Source: an uncultured Pseudomonadota bacterium
Lineage (GTDB): Bacteria > Pseudomonadota > Alphaproteobacteria > Rhizobiales > Xanthobacteraceae
NCBI GenBank assembly: GCA_963791155.1
Contig: CAWBRI010000020.1
Coordinates: 75,518 to 139,517, forward strand
DNA length: 64,000 nt
Direction: 5' to 3'
In this document: positions 12,203 to 24,717 of the stretch, piece after piece
How positions within the stretch are numbered: position 1 is the stretch's first letter
Layout of the letters: every line of letters begins with the position of its first letter
Notes under the pieces: generated by a model
Seen by the model: the letters and a program-made list of their open reading frames with translations, nothing else
What the model was told of the DNA's origin: nothing
The model's database searches: none
Position numbers and translations under genes: made by a program

Positions 12203-12251
12203 AGGCGACGCATTCGCATTTCCATCGCCGGGTCGAATCCGTGGTTGGCTG

Positions 12252-14141
12252 TCAGAGCGGCGAGGCCGCGCTCTCGTATTCGCCGCTGAGTTCCAGCCAT
12301 TGCTCCTCCGCTCGGGCGAGTGCGGCGGCCGCGTCGGCGCGTTCCTTGGCGAGCGTGGCGGCGCGCGCGGGGTCGCGCTCGTAGAGCTTCGGATCGGCGA
12401 GCGCCCGGTCGATCTCGCCGACGCGCTTGCCGAGCTTCGCCATTTCGGACTCGATGGCGGTAATGCGGCGCTTGAGCGGGGCGAGCTCGGCGCGTCGTTC
12501 CGCCGCGGCGCGCCGCGTTTCGGTGCGCGACCGGCGGTCGTCGGGTTTCGCCCCGCCGTCCTGCCCCTCGTCGTCCGCCTGCGCCAGCACCAGGCGGCGG
12601 TAGTCGTCGAGGTCGCCGTCGAAGGGCGCGACGCCGCCGTTCTGCACCAGCCACAGCCGGTCGGCGCATGCCTCCAGCAGATAGCGGTCGTGCGAAACCA
12701 GGATCACCGCGCCCGCGAAGTCGTTGATCGCCTCGATCAGCGCCGCCCGGCTGTCGATGTCGAGATGGTTGGTCGGCTCGTCGAGCACGACCAGATGCGG
12801 TCCCTCGAAGCATGCGAGCCCGAGCAGCAGGCGCGACTTCTCGCCGCCCGACAGCTTGGCGACCGGCGTGTCGGCGGCGGCGCCCGGAAACCCGATCGCG
12901 CCGGCGCGCGCGCGGACCTTGGCCTCGGGCGCGTCCGGCATCAGGCGGCGAATGTGATCATAGGCGCTCCCCGCGGAGTTGAGCTCGTCGAGCTGATGCT
13001 GGGCGAAATAGGCGACCTCGAGCCGGTCGGCGCGCGTGATGCGGCCTTCGCTCGGCGCAAGCCGGCCCGAGATCAGCTTGGTGAGCGTCGATTTGCCGTT
13101 GCCGTTCTCGCCCAGCAGCGCGATGCGGTCGTCGTTGTCGATGCGCAGCGTCACGCGCCGGAGCACGGGCTTGCCGGGCTCATAGGCGACCGCGACGTCG
13201 TCGAACGCGATGATCGGCGGCGACAGCAGCCGGTCGGGCTGCGGGATCACGATCTCGCGCACCTCGTCGGCGACGCGCGCCGCCACCGGTTCGAGCTTGG
13301 CCAGGAGCTTGAGGCGCGACTGCGCCTGGCGCGCCTTGCTGGCCGTGGCGCGGAAGCGGTCGACGAAGGCGACGATGCGCTTGCGCTCGGCCTCCTGCTT
13401 CTTGGCGAACTTCTGGTCGAGCGCCTGGCGCTCGCGGCGCTGACGCTCGAACGACGTATAGCCGCCGCGGTAGAAGGTGAGCTGGCGGGCGTCGAGATGC
13501 AGGATGGAGTCGACCGCATTGTCGAGCAGATCGCGGTCATGGCTGATCACGATCACGGTGTGCGGATAACGCGCGATATGCTCCTCGAGCCAGAGCGTGC
13601 CTTCGAGATCGAGATAGTTGGTCGGCTCGTCGAGCAGCAGCAGGTCGGGCTGGGCGAACAGGACGGCCGCGAGCGCGACGCGCATGCGCCAGCCGCCGGA
13701 GAATTCCTCGCACGCGCGTTGTTGGTCCTGATGCGAGAAGCCGAGCCCGGCCAGGATTCCGGCCGCGCGCGCCGGCGCCGCGTGGGCGCCGATGTCGGCG
13801 AGCCGAGTCTGGATCTCGGCGATGCGATGAGGATCGCTCGCGTGTTCGGCTTCGGCGAGAAGCGCGCTGCGCTCGCGATCGGCGGCGAGCACGATCTCGA
13901 TGAGGCTTTCCGGCCCGTCCGGCGCCTCCTGCGGCAGGCGGCCGATGCGGGCGCGTGCCGGGAGCTTGATCGCGCCGTGCTCGGGCGCGATGTCGCCCGC
14001 GATGACACGAAACAGCGTCGACTTGCCGGCGCCGTTGCGGCCGATCAGCCCGACGCGCGCGCCCGCCGGAACGCGGGCGGAGGCCCCTTCGAGCAGGCTC
14101 AGGCCGGCGATGCGCACCGCGAGATCTTCAATCACAAGCAT
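12252..14141 (-). CDS. ABC-F family ATP-binding cassette protein (two ATPase cassettes, no membrane domain)
   Basis: ORF 12252..14294 (-), starting at MLVIEDLAVRIAG (14141). Walker A motifs are GRNGAGKST and GENGNGKST. Signature motifs are LSGGWRMR-like and LSGGEKSR. Confidence 0.9.
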   Translation of the reverse strand: MLVIEDLAVRIAGLSLLEGASARVPAGARVGLIGRNGAGKSTLFRVIAGDIAPEHGAIKLPARARIGRLPQEAPDGPESLIEIVLAADRERSALLAEAEHASDPHRIAEIQTRLADIGAHAAPARAAGILAGLGFSHQDQQRACEEFSGGWRMRVALAAVLFAQPDLLLLDEPTNYLDLEGTLWLEEHIARYPHTVIVISHDRDLLDNAVDSILHLDARQLTFYRGGYTSFERQRRERQALDQKFAKKQEAERKRIVAFVDRFRATASKARQAQSRLKLLAKLEPVAARVADEVREIVIPQPDRLLSPPIIAFDDVAVAYEPGKPVLRRVTLRIDNDDRIALLGENGNGKSTLTKLISGRLAPSEGRITRADRLEVAYFAQHQLDELNSAGSAYDHIRRLMPDAPEAKVRARAGAIGFPGAAADTPVAKLSGGEKSRLLLGLACFEGPHLVVLDEPTNHLDIDSRAALIEAINDFAGAVILVSHDRYLLEACADRLWLVQNGGVAPFDGDLDDYRRLVLAQADDEGQDGGAKPDDRRSRTETRRAAAERRAELAPLKRRITAIESEMAKLGKRVGEIDRALADPKLYERDPARAATLAKERADAAAALARAEEQWLELSGEYESAASPL

Positions 14142-14280
14142 GCGCCCGGTATTGGCCGGTGTCGGGCCGGGATGCAAGCGGGGCCGCCAAACCGAATGGG
14201 GATTTCGACCTGTTTGGGACTGGCGCCGGCCGGCGGGCGATTTGCCATGGTGCCCGGCGGATGGTGAGGGCCTGGCGTCC

Positions 14281-14314
14281 GGGCGGCGTTTCAAGTCGTC
14301 TTGAAACGCCGCCC
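14281..14314 (-). terminator. perfect 15-bp-stem hairpin downstream of katG (possible terminator)
   Basis: GGGCGGCGTTTCAAG-tcgt-CTTGAAACGCCGCCC lies about 140 nt after the katG stop. There is no clear U-tract, so its function is uncertain. Confidence 0.3.
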
Positions 14315-14455
14315 TGATTCTTCGTCCATGGCTTCCACCCGCGTCCAGGGTTTCCGCAGGCTTCGTAGGATTTGCCTAGCCGCAATCTGGCCCTGATCAC
14401 CCGATGCTTGGTCGCGGCTGCGCTCTAGAAGCCCTCGAAAACCTTTCCGCTGAGA

Positions 14456-16778
<2,323 letters not shown>

Positions 16779-16782
16779 CTCC

Positions 16783-17199
16783 TCACTGGTTCCAGTCGAT
16801 CGTGCCCTTCTCCCACTTGATGTGCACCTTGGCGGTCTTGCGCAAGTAGTCGTTGAGGGCGCCCAGCGGCTGCTTGTCCGGATTGGCCTTGCAGAACGTC
16901 AGCAGCAGATTGAGCACCCTGTTCTCGTCGAGTTGGCTCATGTCGACATGCTTGGCGTCCGCTTCGACCAGCGCGATGTTGGCGGCGCTGATGTAGCCCT
17001 GCGCCCAGGAATAGGCCATCAGATTCACCGGATTGGACAGCCCTTCGCCCGGCTTGATGTCGCCGGCGAGGCGGCTGCAATTGGAGGTGCCGATTCCTTG
17101 CGTCAGGAGCGGCTCGGCGCCGGCGCCGCCTGCGCCCGGCAGCGAGCAAAGCATGGCGGCGCAACACGCGAGCGCCATTCGATCGAACCTAATCAGCAT
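16783..17199 (-). CDS. hypothetical secreted protein
   Basis: ORF 16783..17301 (-). The likely start is MLIRFDRMALACCAAMLCSLPGAGGAGA (signal peptide) at 17199. No family recognised. Confidence 0.55.
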   Translation of the reverse strand: MLIRFDRMALACCAAMLCSLPGAGGAGAEPLLTQGIGTSNCSRLAGDIKPGEGLSNPVNLMAYSWAQGYISAANIALVEADAKHVDMSQLDENRVLNLLLTFCKANPDKQPLGALNDYLRKTAKVHIKWEKGTIDWNQ

Positions 17200-17307
17200 A
17201 CCTGCCTCCATCCATCCGTGAGCGCACGGCCCCGTTGCGCAGCCGCGTGTCTCGTGCGCGGCGAAAAAACGCCCAGCCGACGATCGCAAAAGTTCCCTCA
17301 ATCGAGT

Positions 17308-18063
17308 TCACTTCGCCCCGATCCGTTCCTTCCACATGCGCCACGGGCGATCGAAATTCAAATCCTTGCGGCCCGTGATCAGCGCACACTCTTGCGGGTC
17401 CATGAACGTGATCTCGCCGCCGAGCGCGATCGCCTGCGCCTGCAGCCTGGCATTCACCTCGGTGTAGACCGCGCGATAGACCGCCGTCATGATGTTCGGC
17501 CCGACGCAGACATTGCCGTGGCCGCGCATCAGCGCGACGCTCTTCTTACCCAATGTCTCGGCCAGCGCGCCACCTTGCCGATTGTCGCGGATCAGCAGGT
17601 CGGTCATGCCGAAGCCGTCGCGGATCTCGAAGTTCGGCACGCCTTCCGCCAGGAATGCCGACATGTGGCAGATCGGCTGCAGCTTGATCTTGGGGACGAC
17701 GCTGAACGGTACCACGGCGGGCGAATGGCTGTGCACGATCGCGTTGACGTCGGGCCGCGCCTTGTAGATCGCCCCGTGGATGCAGCGCTCCAAGTACATC
17801 AGGCGTCCGCGCTGGTCGACCGGGTTCGAATCGAGGTCGAATTCCATGATGTCGTCGACCGTGATGACAGCCGGGGACAGCGAGCGCGACAGGAAATAGC
17901 GCTCCGGAGCCTTGGGGTGGCGAACGCTGACATGGCCATAGCCGTCGAGCACGCCCTGCTCGGCGCAGATATGGTTGGCGTAGACGAGGTCCTGGAGCAG
18001 CGACGGATCGACCGGTCCGCCCGTGGGCGGCGCTCCGCCGCCGGAGGTCACGCTATCATTCAT
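17308..18063 (-). CDS. class II aldolase/adducin family protein
   Basis: ORF 17308..18093 (-) with GYGHVSVRHP, HSHSPAVVPF and LMRGHGNVCVG contexts typical of class II aldolase-like proteins. The start is either 18063 or 18093. Confidence 0.85.
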   Translation of the reverse strand: MNDSVTSGGGAPPTGGPVDPSLLQDLVYANHICAEQGVLDGYGHVSVRHPKAPERYFLSRSLSPAVITVDDIMEFDLDSNPVDQRGRLMYLERCIHGAIYKARPDVNAIVHSHSPAVVPFSVVPKIKLQPICHMSAFLAEGVPNFEIRDGFGMTDLLIRDNRQGGALAETLGKKSVALMRGHGNVCVGPNIMTAVYRAVYTEVNARLQAQAIALGGEITFMDPQECALITGRKDLNFDRPWRMWKERIGAK

Positions 18064-18340
18064 ATGATTGTTCCATGAGGAATATTCGACCACCGGACCC
18101 TACTCGAAAGGTGCCGCCGATGGAAAGCCGTCGCGACGTCCGTCCCGGCGTTCGCCGGCTGTCGTTTTTAACCCGCCCGAAAACGCGCGAATCCGGTACA
18201 TCGTACCTCCGGAACAGCGCCGCGCGGGCATCGGACTGCAATGCAATCTTGACGGTGGCCATGCCCGCCAGTCTGCGGCATAGTTGTGGAGTACTTTTCG
18301 GCGACGGACCGTGACTGGGGGACCTGCGGGGAATCTCAGA

Positions 18341-19315
18341 ATGCCGAACCTTGAATTTGCGATGGGCACTTTCGCGCTGCCGGTCTGGGCGGCCGGCGCG
18401 GCGGCTATTCTTTTCATCGTCATCGGCCTGCTCACGCTGACGCGCGCCGGTACCAGCCTTGCGGGCGCGCTGGTGCGCCTCACGGCCATCGTGATCTGCC
18501 TGGCCGCCGCGTGGCTGTTGCTCGATCGCGCCGAGTTGCGCGAACGTTCGGCCGAGCGACGCGCGCTCGATCAGCGGGCGGCCGAGCTCACCGCGCGGGC
18601 GATCGCGTCCGGCTCGGCGCTCGCATGCCTCGATGCGGTGGCGGGCGACGCGGTCGAGACCGCATGCGAGCGGGCGGTGTTCGCGAGTCCGGAATCGACC
18701 GCAGCAGCCGTTTCCTATGTGTCGGCGCGCCTCGCCTTGCTGGCCGACGGCGCCGAGTTGGTCAGGCGCGCCGCCGGCAGCTATGAGAGCCGACTCACGA
18801 CCCTGCGCATGGCCCTCGAGACCGACCGCTTCGGCATCGTCGCCCACGTGCTGTCGGTGCGCGACAGCTGCACGCCGCTGCTGTGCGACAGCTACGCCTT
18901 GCTGCATGACGCCAGCCGCGTGCAGGCCAATCTGCGGGAGCGCGTGTTCAGCCGCCATGTCGAGCGCTATGGTGCCGAATGGGCGGCGCGCGCGCAAAAG
19001 CCCGACACGCCGGTCGCCGCGGGTGCCCCAAACATCTACGCGACCGCCGCCAGCGCGACCACAACCCCGCCTGGGCCTGTCGCCACGCCGTTGTCGCCGA
19101 AATACGATTTCCCCTCGGCGGCGTCGATTCCCCCGGTCAGCATCATGAATCCCGAGCCCGGCATGCCGCCCGACGCCAAGCCGGAAAAGCCCGAACTCAA
19201 GCCCGCAACGACGCCAATTCCGCCGCGCCGGCCGCAACAGGCCACTGCGTCGCCGCGCCCCGCCAGGTCGGCGCCGCAGCAGGTCGCGCCGGGGGCCGGC
19301 GCGACCCCGCAATGA
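18341..19315 (+). CDS. hypothetical membrane-anchored protein with a Pro-rich C-terminus
   Basis: ORF 18284..19315. The start MPNLEFAMGTFALPVWAAGAAAILFIVIGLL is followed by a TM helix. The C-terminal ~90 aa are Pro/Ala-rich. Confidence 0.5.
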   Translation: MPNLEFAMGTFALPVWAAGAAAILFIVIGLLTLTRAGTSLAGALVRLTAIVICLAAAWLLLDRAELRERSAERRALDQRAAELTARAIASGSALACLDAVAGDAVETACERAVFASPESTAAAVSYVSARLALLADGAELVRRAAGSYESRLTTLRMALETDRFGIVAHVLSVRDSCTPLLCDSYALLHDASRVQANLRERVFSRHVERYGAEWAARAQKPDTPVAAGAPNIYATAASATTTPPGPVATPLSPKYDFPSAASIPPVSIMNPEPGMPPDAKPEKPELKPATTPIPPRRPQQATASPRPARSAPQQVAPGAGATPQ

Positions 19316-19491
19316 GGTCTGCGATGCGCCGCGCGGTGGCCAGGCGTCGCCGCGGTCGCCAAAATCGCGCCGTCCTGCGGGTGCGCGGACCGAATTGAAC
19401 CGGGGCGTCCCGCGTCAGATCGCCGATCGGGTCGCATTTTCTTCGGCAAACCGGTACCACTGCGCCGGAAGATGCCCCGAGCAGCGCCGCC

Positions 19492-21459
19492 ATGTTCTCG
19501 TCCGTCCTGATCGCCAATCGCGGCGAGATCGCCGTCCGCATCGCGCGCACCGCGCGCCGCATGGGGCTGCGCACGATCGCGGTCTATTCCGAGGCCGACG
19601 CGAACGCGCTGCATGTGCGCATGTGCGACGAGGCCTATGCGATCGGACCCGCGCCCGCGGCGGAAAGCTATCTGGCGGCCGACAAGCTGATCGACGGCGC
19701 GCGAAGCAGGCTGGCGCCGACTGCATCCATCCGGGCTACGGCTTCCTGTCCGAGAATCGCCGATTTCGCCGAGGCCTGCGCGGCGGCCGGCATCGTCTTC
19801 GTCGGCCCGCCGCCGGCAGCGATCCGCGCCATGGGGCTGAAGGACCGCGCCAAGGCGCTGATGGAAAAGGCCGGCGTGCCGGTGGTGCCGGGCTATCACG
19901 GCGAGCGCCAGGAGCCGGACTTCCTCAAGCGCAAGGCCTACGAGATCGGCTATCCGGTGCTGATCAAGGCGGTGGCCGGCGGCGGCGGCAAGGGCATGCG
20001 GCGCGTCGACAAGCATGCCGAGTTCGAGACCGCGCTCGCGGGCGCGCGAGCGCGAGGCGGCGTCGGCGTTCGGCGATCCGCGCGTGCTGATCGAGAAATA
20101 CGTCGCCGACGCCGCGCCACATCGAGATCCAGGTGTTCGCCGACAGCCACGGCAACGTCATCCATCTCGACGAGCGCGACTGCTCGCTGCAGCGCCGCCA
20201 TCAGAAGGTGATCGAGGAGGCGCCGGCGCCCGGCATGACGGCGCGAGCTGCGCGCCGCGATGGGCGCGGCCGCGGTCGAGGCCGCGCGCGCGGTCGGCTA
20301 TGTCGGCGCCGGCACGGTCGAGTTCATCGCCGACGGCTCGCGCGGGCTGCGCCCCGACGGCTTCTGGTTCATGGAGATGAACACGCGGCTGCAGGTCGAG
20401 CATCCGGTGACCGAGGCGGTCACCGGCCTCGATCTGGTCGAATGGCAGTTCCGCGTCGCGGCCGGCGAGACGCTGCCGCTCGCGCAGGATCAGGTGCGCG
20501 CTCGACGGCCACGCGGTCGAGGCGCGGCTCTATGCCGAGGACCCCGACGACGGCTTCCTGCCGTCGACCGGCAAGATCCTCGCGCTCGATCTGCCGCGCG
20601 GCGAGGGCATCCGCGTCGATGCCGGCGTGGCGGCGGGCGACGAGGTGACGCCGTTCTACGATCCGATGATCGCCAAGGTGATCGCCCACGCGCCGACGCG
20701 GGCCGCGGCGCTCGACCGGCTCGCCGCGCGCGCTCGACCGCACGTGGTTGCCGGGCCGCGCACCAATGCCGGCTTTCTCGCCGCGCTCGCCCGCGCCGCC
20801 GAGTTTCGCGCCGGGCAGTTCGATACCGGCTTCATCGAGCGCCATCTCGCCGCGCTCGGCGGGCGCCGCAGGGGCCCGACCGGGCGGCGCGCGGCCGCGG
20901 GTGCCGCGCGGCTCGCTGGCGCGAGCAGGAACGGCTCGCCGCGCGAGCCGGGGCGAGGGCGTCTCGTCGCCCTGGGACGCACGCGACGGCTTTCAGCTTG
21001 CCGGGCCAGCGCGACGTCGCGCTGCCGCTCGATGCGCGACGGCAGAGCGTGACCGCCGACGTGGCGTATCGCGCTGGCGGCGCCGAGGTGACGATCGACG
21101 GCGTGGCGGCGGCGCGCGATGCGCGCACGTTCGACGGCGACGGCGACGGTCTATGTCCTGCGGCACGGCCGCCAGACGGTGGTGCGGCTGCGGGCGCTCG
21201 ACGCCGTTCGACGCCGCGCATCTCGGCGAGGGCGGGCGCGTCACGCGCGCCGATGCACGGCAAGGTGCTCGAGGTGCTGGTCGCGCCAGGCGACGCGGTG
21301 CACAAGGGCCAGCGGCTCGCCGTGATCGAGGCGATGAAGATGGAGCACGCGCTGGTCGCGCCGATCGACGGGATCGTCGCCGAAGTGCGGGTCACGGTGT
21401 TGGCCCAGGTGGCGCAGGGAGCCTATCTGATGACGATCGAGCCCAAGACCGGTAGTTAG
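19492..21459 (+). pseudogene. biotin carboxylase + biotinyl carrier fusion (acetyl/propionyl/methylcrotonyl-CoA carboxylase alpha-type), at least ~10 frameshifts as sequenced
   Basis: Fragments in all three + frames join colinearly: MFSSVLIANRGEIAVRIARTA; AGADCIHPGYGFLSEN; GYPVLIKAVAGGGGKGMR; [40 protein letters not shown]; [10 protein letters not shown]...[16 protein letters not shown]; [15 protein letters not shown]...[13 protein letters not shown]; and the biotinyl domain [10 protein letters not shown]. Confidence 0.85.
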
Positions 21460-21623
21460 TCTTGAGCCCCGATCGGACGATCTCGGCGGCCCGTCCGGCT
21501 GCCACGCCGGGGGCGCGCGATTTCGACCTCGTGCACATCATCGCGCATGGCGGAACTCGCAAACCGGAAAGCCGCGGGGTATGCACCCCTGTCCGTGTCG
21601 CAAATCCGACAGCGCCGTCGGCT

Positions 21624-22079
21624 ATGAGCCAAAAACACCAGGTCATGCCCCTGCATCTCCTCAAACTTTGCGTTGGCTGCAATTCCGTCAAGGACCTCGA
21701 GGGTTGGATCAAGCAGAAGCTCAAGGCGCTCAAAAAGGGCGCCCGGCGCGAGCATATCCACACCACCCGGATGGTGCCCAAGCGAGCCGACGAACTGCTC
21801 GACGGCGGCTCGCTCTATTGGGTGATCCGCGGGCAGATCATGTGCCGCGAGCGGATCGCCGCCGTCCGCCCGTTCGTCGACCGGGAGGGCGTCGGCCGCT
21901 GTCGGCTGGTGCTGGTGCCCAAGGTGATCCTGGTCGAGCCGCGGCCGTTTCGCGCGTTCCAGGGCTGGCGCTATCTGGAGCCCAAGGACGCCCCGCGCGA
22001 TCTCGACCGCGCGGCGCCGGGCGCGCGCGACATGCCGGAGGACATGCGGCGGGAGTTGCGTCAGCTTGGCCTGTTGTGA
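21624..22079 (+). CDS. DUF1489 family protein
   Basis: The start MSQKHQVMPLHLLKLCVGCNSVKDLEGW lies within ORF 21462..22079. The N-terminus is typical of DUF1489. Confidence 0.75.
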   Translation: MSQKHQVMPLHLLKLCVGCNSVKDLEGWIKQKLKALKKGARREHIHTTRMVPKRADELLDGGSLYWVIRGQIMCRERIAAVRPFVDREGVGRCRLVLVPKVILVEPRPFRAFQGWRYLEPKDAPRDLDRAAPGARDMPEDMRRELRQLGLL

Positions 22080-22133
22080 GCCCGCTGCTCGTATAGGATA
22101 CATGCAGGTAATGGCGGGCAGTGGAGGAGCGTC

Positions 22134-23099
22134 ATGCTGCGAGCGATCGCGTCGGTTTTGATCGGGCTTTGCGTCCTTGCGGTACAGGCGCACGCGCAAT
22201 CCGATTATCCGTCGCGCCCGGTGAAGATCCTGGTGCCGTCCTCGCCCGGCGGCGGCACCGATATCCTGGCGCGCGTGCTGGCGGACTACCTGTCGAAGTC
22301 GCTCAACGGGCAGTTCTTCGTCGAGAACCGGCCGGGCGCCGGCCAGATGATCGGCATCGAGGTGGTGGCGCATGCGCCCAACGACGGCTACACGCTGTTG
22401 ATGGCGGCGAGCACGCTGGCCATCAACCCGGTGATGTACAAGAACGTCAAATACGACGCCGTGAGGGACTTTTCGCCTATCACGCTGGTGGCCGGTCTGC
22501 CCAATATCTTCATCGTGGCGCCCGAGCAGCCGATCAAATCCATCGCCGACCTGATCGCGCTCGCCAAGCGCAAGCCGGGCGAGGTGACCTACGCGTCCGC
22601 CGGGATCGGCACCTCGCCGCACATGGGCAGCGAACTCCTCAAGAGCATGACCGGCATCGAGATGCAGCACGTGCCGTTCCGCGGCACGGCGCCGGGCGTG
22701 ACCGAGGTGATGGCGGGCCGCGTCACGGTGGGCCTCGCCAACCTGTTGACCGCGAAGCCGCTGATCGAAGGCGGCAAGTTGCGCGCGCTCGCGGTGACCG
22801 GCCGCACGCGCGCCCAAACCCTTCCCGACGTGCCGACCGTCGAGGAGGCGGGCGTGCCCGGCTATGACGCCATGCAATGGTACGGCCTGCTCGCGCCGGC
22901 CGGCACGCCGCCGGCAATCGTCAACCGTATCCAGGCCGAGGTGGCGGCCGCGCTCAAGACGCCCGACGTGCGCGAGCGCCTTTCCGCCGACGGCGCCGAG
23001 CCGGTCGGCAACACGCCGGCCGAGTTCGCGGCGGTGATCCGCGAGGAGCTCGACAAATGGGCCAAGGTCGCAAAGGCGGCGGGAATCAAACCGGAATAG
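22134..23099 (+). CDS. Bug/TctC-family tripartite tricarboxylate transporter substrate-binding protein
   Basis: 321-aa ORF with a signal peptide followed by YPSRPVKILVPSSPGGGTDILAR and VENRPGAGQMIG, hallmarks of the Bug family. Confidence 0.9.
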   Translation: MLRAIASVLIGLCVLAVQAHAQSDYPSRPVKILVPSSPGGGTDILARVLADYLSKSLNGQFFVENRPGAGQMIGIEVVAHAPNDGYTLLMAASTLAINPVMYKNVKYDAVRDFSPITLVAGLPNIFIVAPEQPIKSIADLIALAKRKPGEVTYASAGIGTSPHMGSELLKSMTGIEMQHVPFRGTAPGVTEVMAGRVTVGLANLLTAKPLIEGGKLRALAVTGRTRAQTLPDVPTVEEAGVPGYDAMQWYGLLAPAGTPPAIVNRIQAEVAAALKTPDVRERLSADGAEPVGNTPAEFAAVIREELDKWAKVAKAAGIKPE

Positions 23100-23240
23100 C
23101 GGGATACGTCATGGGGGCGTACACGATCTCGGGTTTGCCCGAGATCGGTGGTTGAATATGCGCAAGGCGGGGGGAATGCTGCCAGGAACGCCCCGGGTTC
23201 TTGCACTTCCTGCGCGCCCGGACAGTGCGGCACCGGAAAC

Positions 23241-24710
23241 ATGACGACGTCCATGGGTTCAACGCCGCCGGCCGCCCAGCCGGAAATGTCGTCGCGCAAG
23301 GAAGCCATTCGCCGGCTGCACGACGACTTGGCTCTACACCGAGCGCGATGGCTGGACCGCGCCGTCTTTTTTCACAAGGAAGATCTTCTTTATCTGAAAT
23401 TCCTCATCCCGAAAGGTCAACGCGTCGTCGAGCTCGGCTGCGGCAATGGCCATCTGCTGGCGGCGCTCGACCCGTCGTTCGGCGTTGGCATCGATTTCAG
23501 CGGCGCAATGGTTGCAGAAGCCCGCCGTCTTCATCCGCATCTCCAGTTCGTTACGGGCGACGTCGAGGATGCGAATGTGATCAAGGCGCTGCCCGGCCCC
23601 TTCGACGTCATCCTCGTCGGCGATACATTGGGTTCGCTCGACGATTGCCAAGGCTTGTTCGCGAGCCTTCATGAAATATGCACGCGCGAAACGCGGCTCG
23701 TAATTCCATATTTCTCGCACCTCTGGTATCCCGCGCTGAAGCTCGCCGAGTGGCTTGGAATGCGAATGCCGCAGCCACCGCAAAACGTTCTCGCTCCCGC
23801 GGATATCAGGGCCCTCGCCGAATTGGCGGATTTCGAAATCATCAAGGCGGAGAACAGGATGCTGTTGCCGTTCTGGCTGTTCGGTCTCGGTAGCCTGATC
23901 AACAGATTCCTGGCCCCGCTTCCGTTAATCCGAAATGTCTGCCTTCGGCATTATTCGGTATGTCGCTCGCTGCGCCGGATCGATGACGGCATCAAATCGG
24001 CCTCGATCATCATTCCTGCACGTAACGAGCGCGGCAACATAGAGGCGGCGGTCCGACGGATTCCACGCTTCGTGGACGATCTCGAAATCATTTTCGTCGA
24101 AGGAAATTCGAAAGACGGAACGTGGGAAGAAATCAATCGCGTGGTTAAGGCGTATCCGCATCATGACATCAAGGCCATGCGCCAACGCGGCAAAGGGAAG
24201 GCCGATGCGGTCTTCGCCGCGTTCGATTCCGCGCGGGGCGACGTCCTGATGATACTTGATGCAGATCTCACGATGCCGCCCGAGCAACTGCCGAAGTTCT
24301 GGGACGTGATCCGGTTTGGCAGGGGCGAGTTTGTGAACGGCTCTCGTCTCGTCTACCCGATGGACGACGATGCGATGCGTTTCCTCAATCTCGTTGCGAA
24401 TAAGGCATTTTCGATCATCTTCACGTGGCTGCTCTCGCAACGCCTGACCGACACGTTGTGCGGGACCAAGGTTCTTCGTCGGACGGACTACGCGCGGTTG
24501 AAGGCGGGACGTTCCTACTTCGGCGATTTCGACCCGTTCGGCGATTTCGACCTCATTTTCGGGGCCTCGAAGCTGGGGTTGAAGATCATCGAGGTGCCGA
24601 TTCGATATGCCCGCCGCACCTACGGACAGTCGCAAATTTCGCGATTCAGGCATGGATTGATACTGCTCCGGATGGTGCTGTTTGCGTTCATGCGAATCAA
24701 GGCCCTGTGA
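23241..24710 (+). CDS. bifunctional class I SAM methyltransferase / family 2 glycosyltransferase (GtrB/DPM1-like) with C-terminal TM helices
   Basis: ORF 23148..24710. The N-half has VVELGCGNGHLL (SAM-binding). The C-half has SIIIPARNERGNIE, EIIFVEGNSKDGT and ILDADLT (GT2 DxD-type). The tail is hydrophobic (LILLRMVLFAFMRI). Confidence 0.8.
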   Translation: MTTSMGSTPPAAQPEMSSRKEAIRRLHDDLALHRARWLDRAVFFHKEDLLYLKFLIPKGQRVVELGCGNGHLLAALDPSFGVGIDFSGAMVAEARRLHPHLQFVTGDVEDANVIKALPGPFDVILVGDTLGSLDDCQGLFASLHEICTRETRLVIPYFSHLWYPALKLAEWLGMRMPQPPQNVLAPADIRALAELADFEIIKAENRMLLPFWLFGLGSLINRFLAPLPLIRNVCLRHYSVCRSLRRIDDGIKSASIIIPARNERGNIEAAVRRIPRFVDDLEIIFVEGNSKDGTWEEINRVVKAYPHHDIKAMRQRGKGKADAVFAAFDSARGDVLMILDADLTMPPEQLPKFWDVIRFGRGEFVNGSRLVYPMDDDAMRFLNLVANKAFSIIFTWLLSQRLTDTLCGTKVLRRTDYARLKAGRSYFGDFDPFGDFDLIFGASKLGLKIIEVPIRYARRTYGQSQISRFRHGLILLRMVLFAFMRIKAL

Positions 24711-24717
24711 AGTATCC

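Noticed and set aside
12203-14267. Continuation of the 1005-aa plus-strand ORF that starts with the DUF5996 gene
   Set aside because: Beyond about 12135 the frame is antisense to the ABC-F ATPase and is low complexity. The DUF5996 family C-terminus and stop are found in another frame at 12200..12202.
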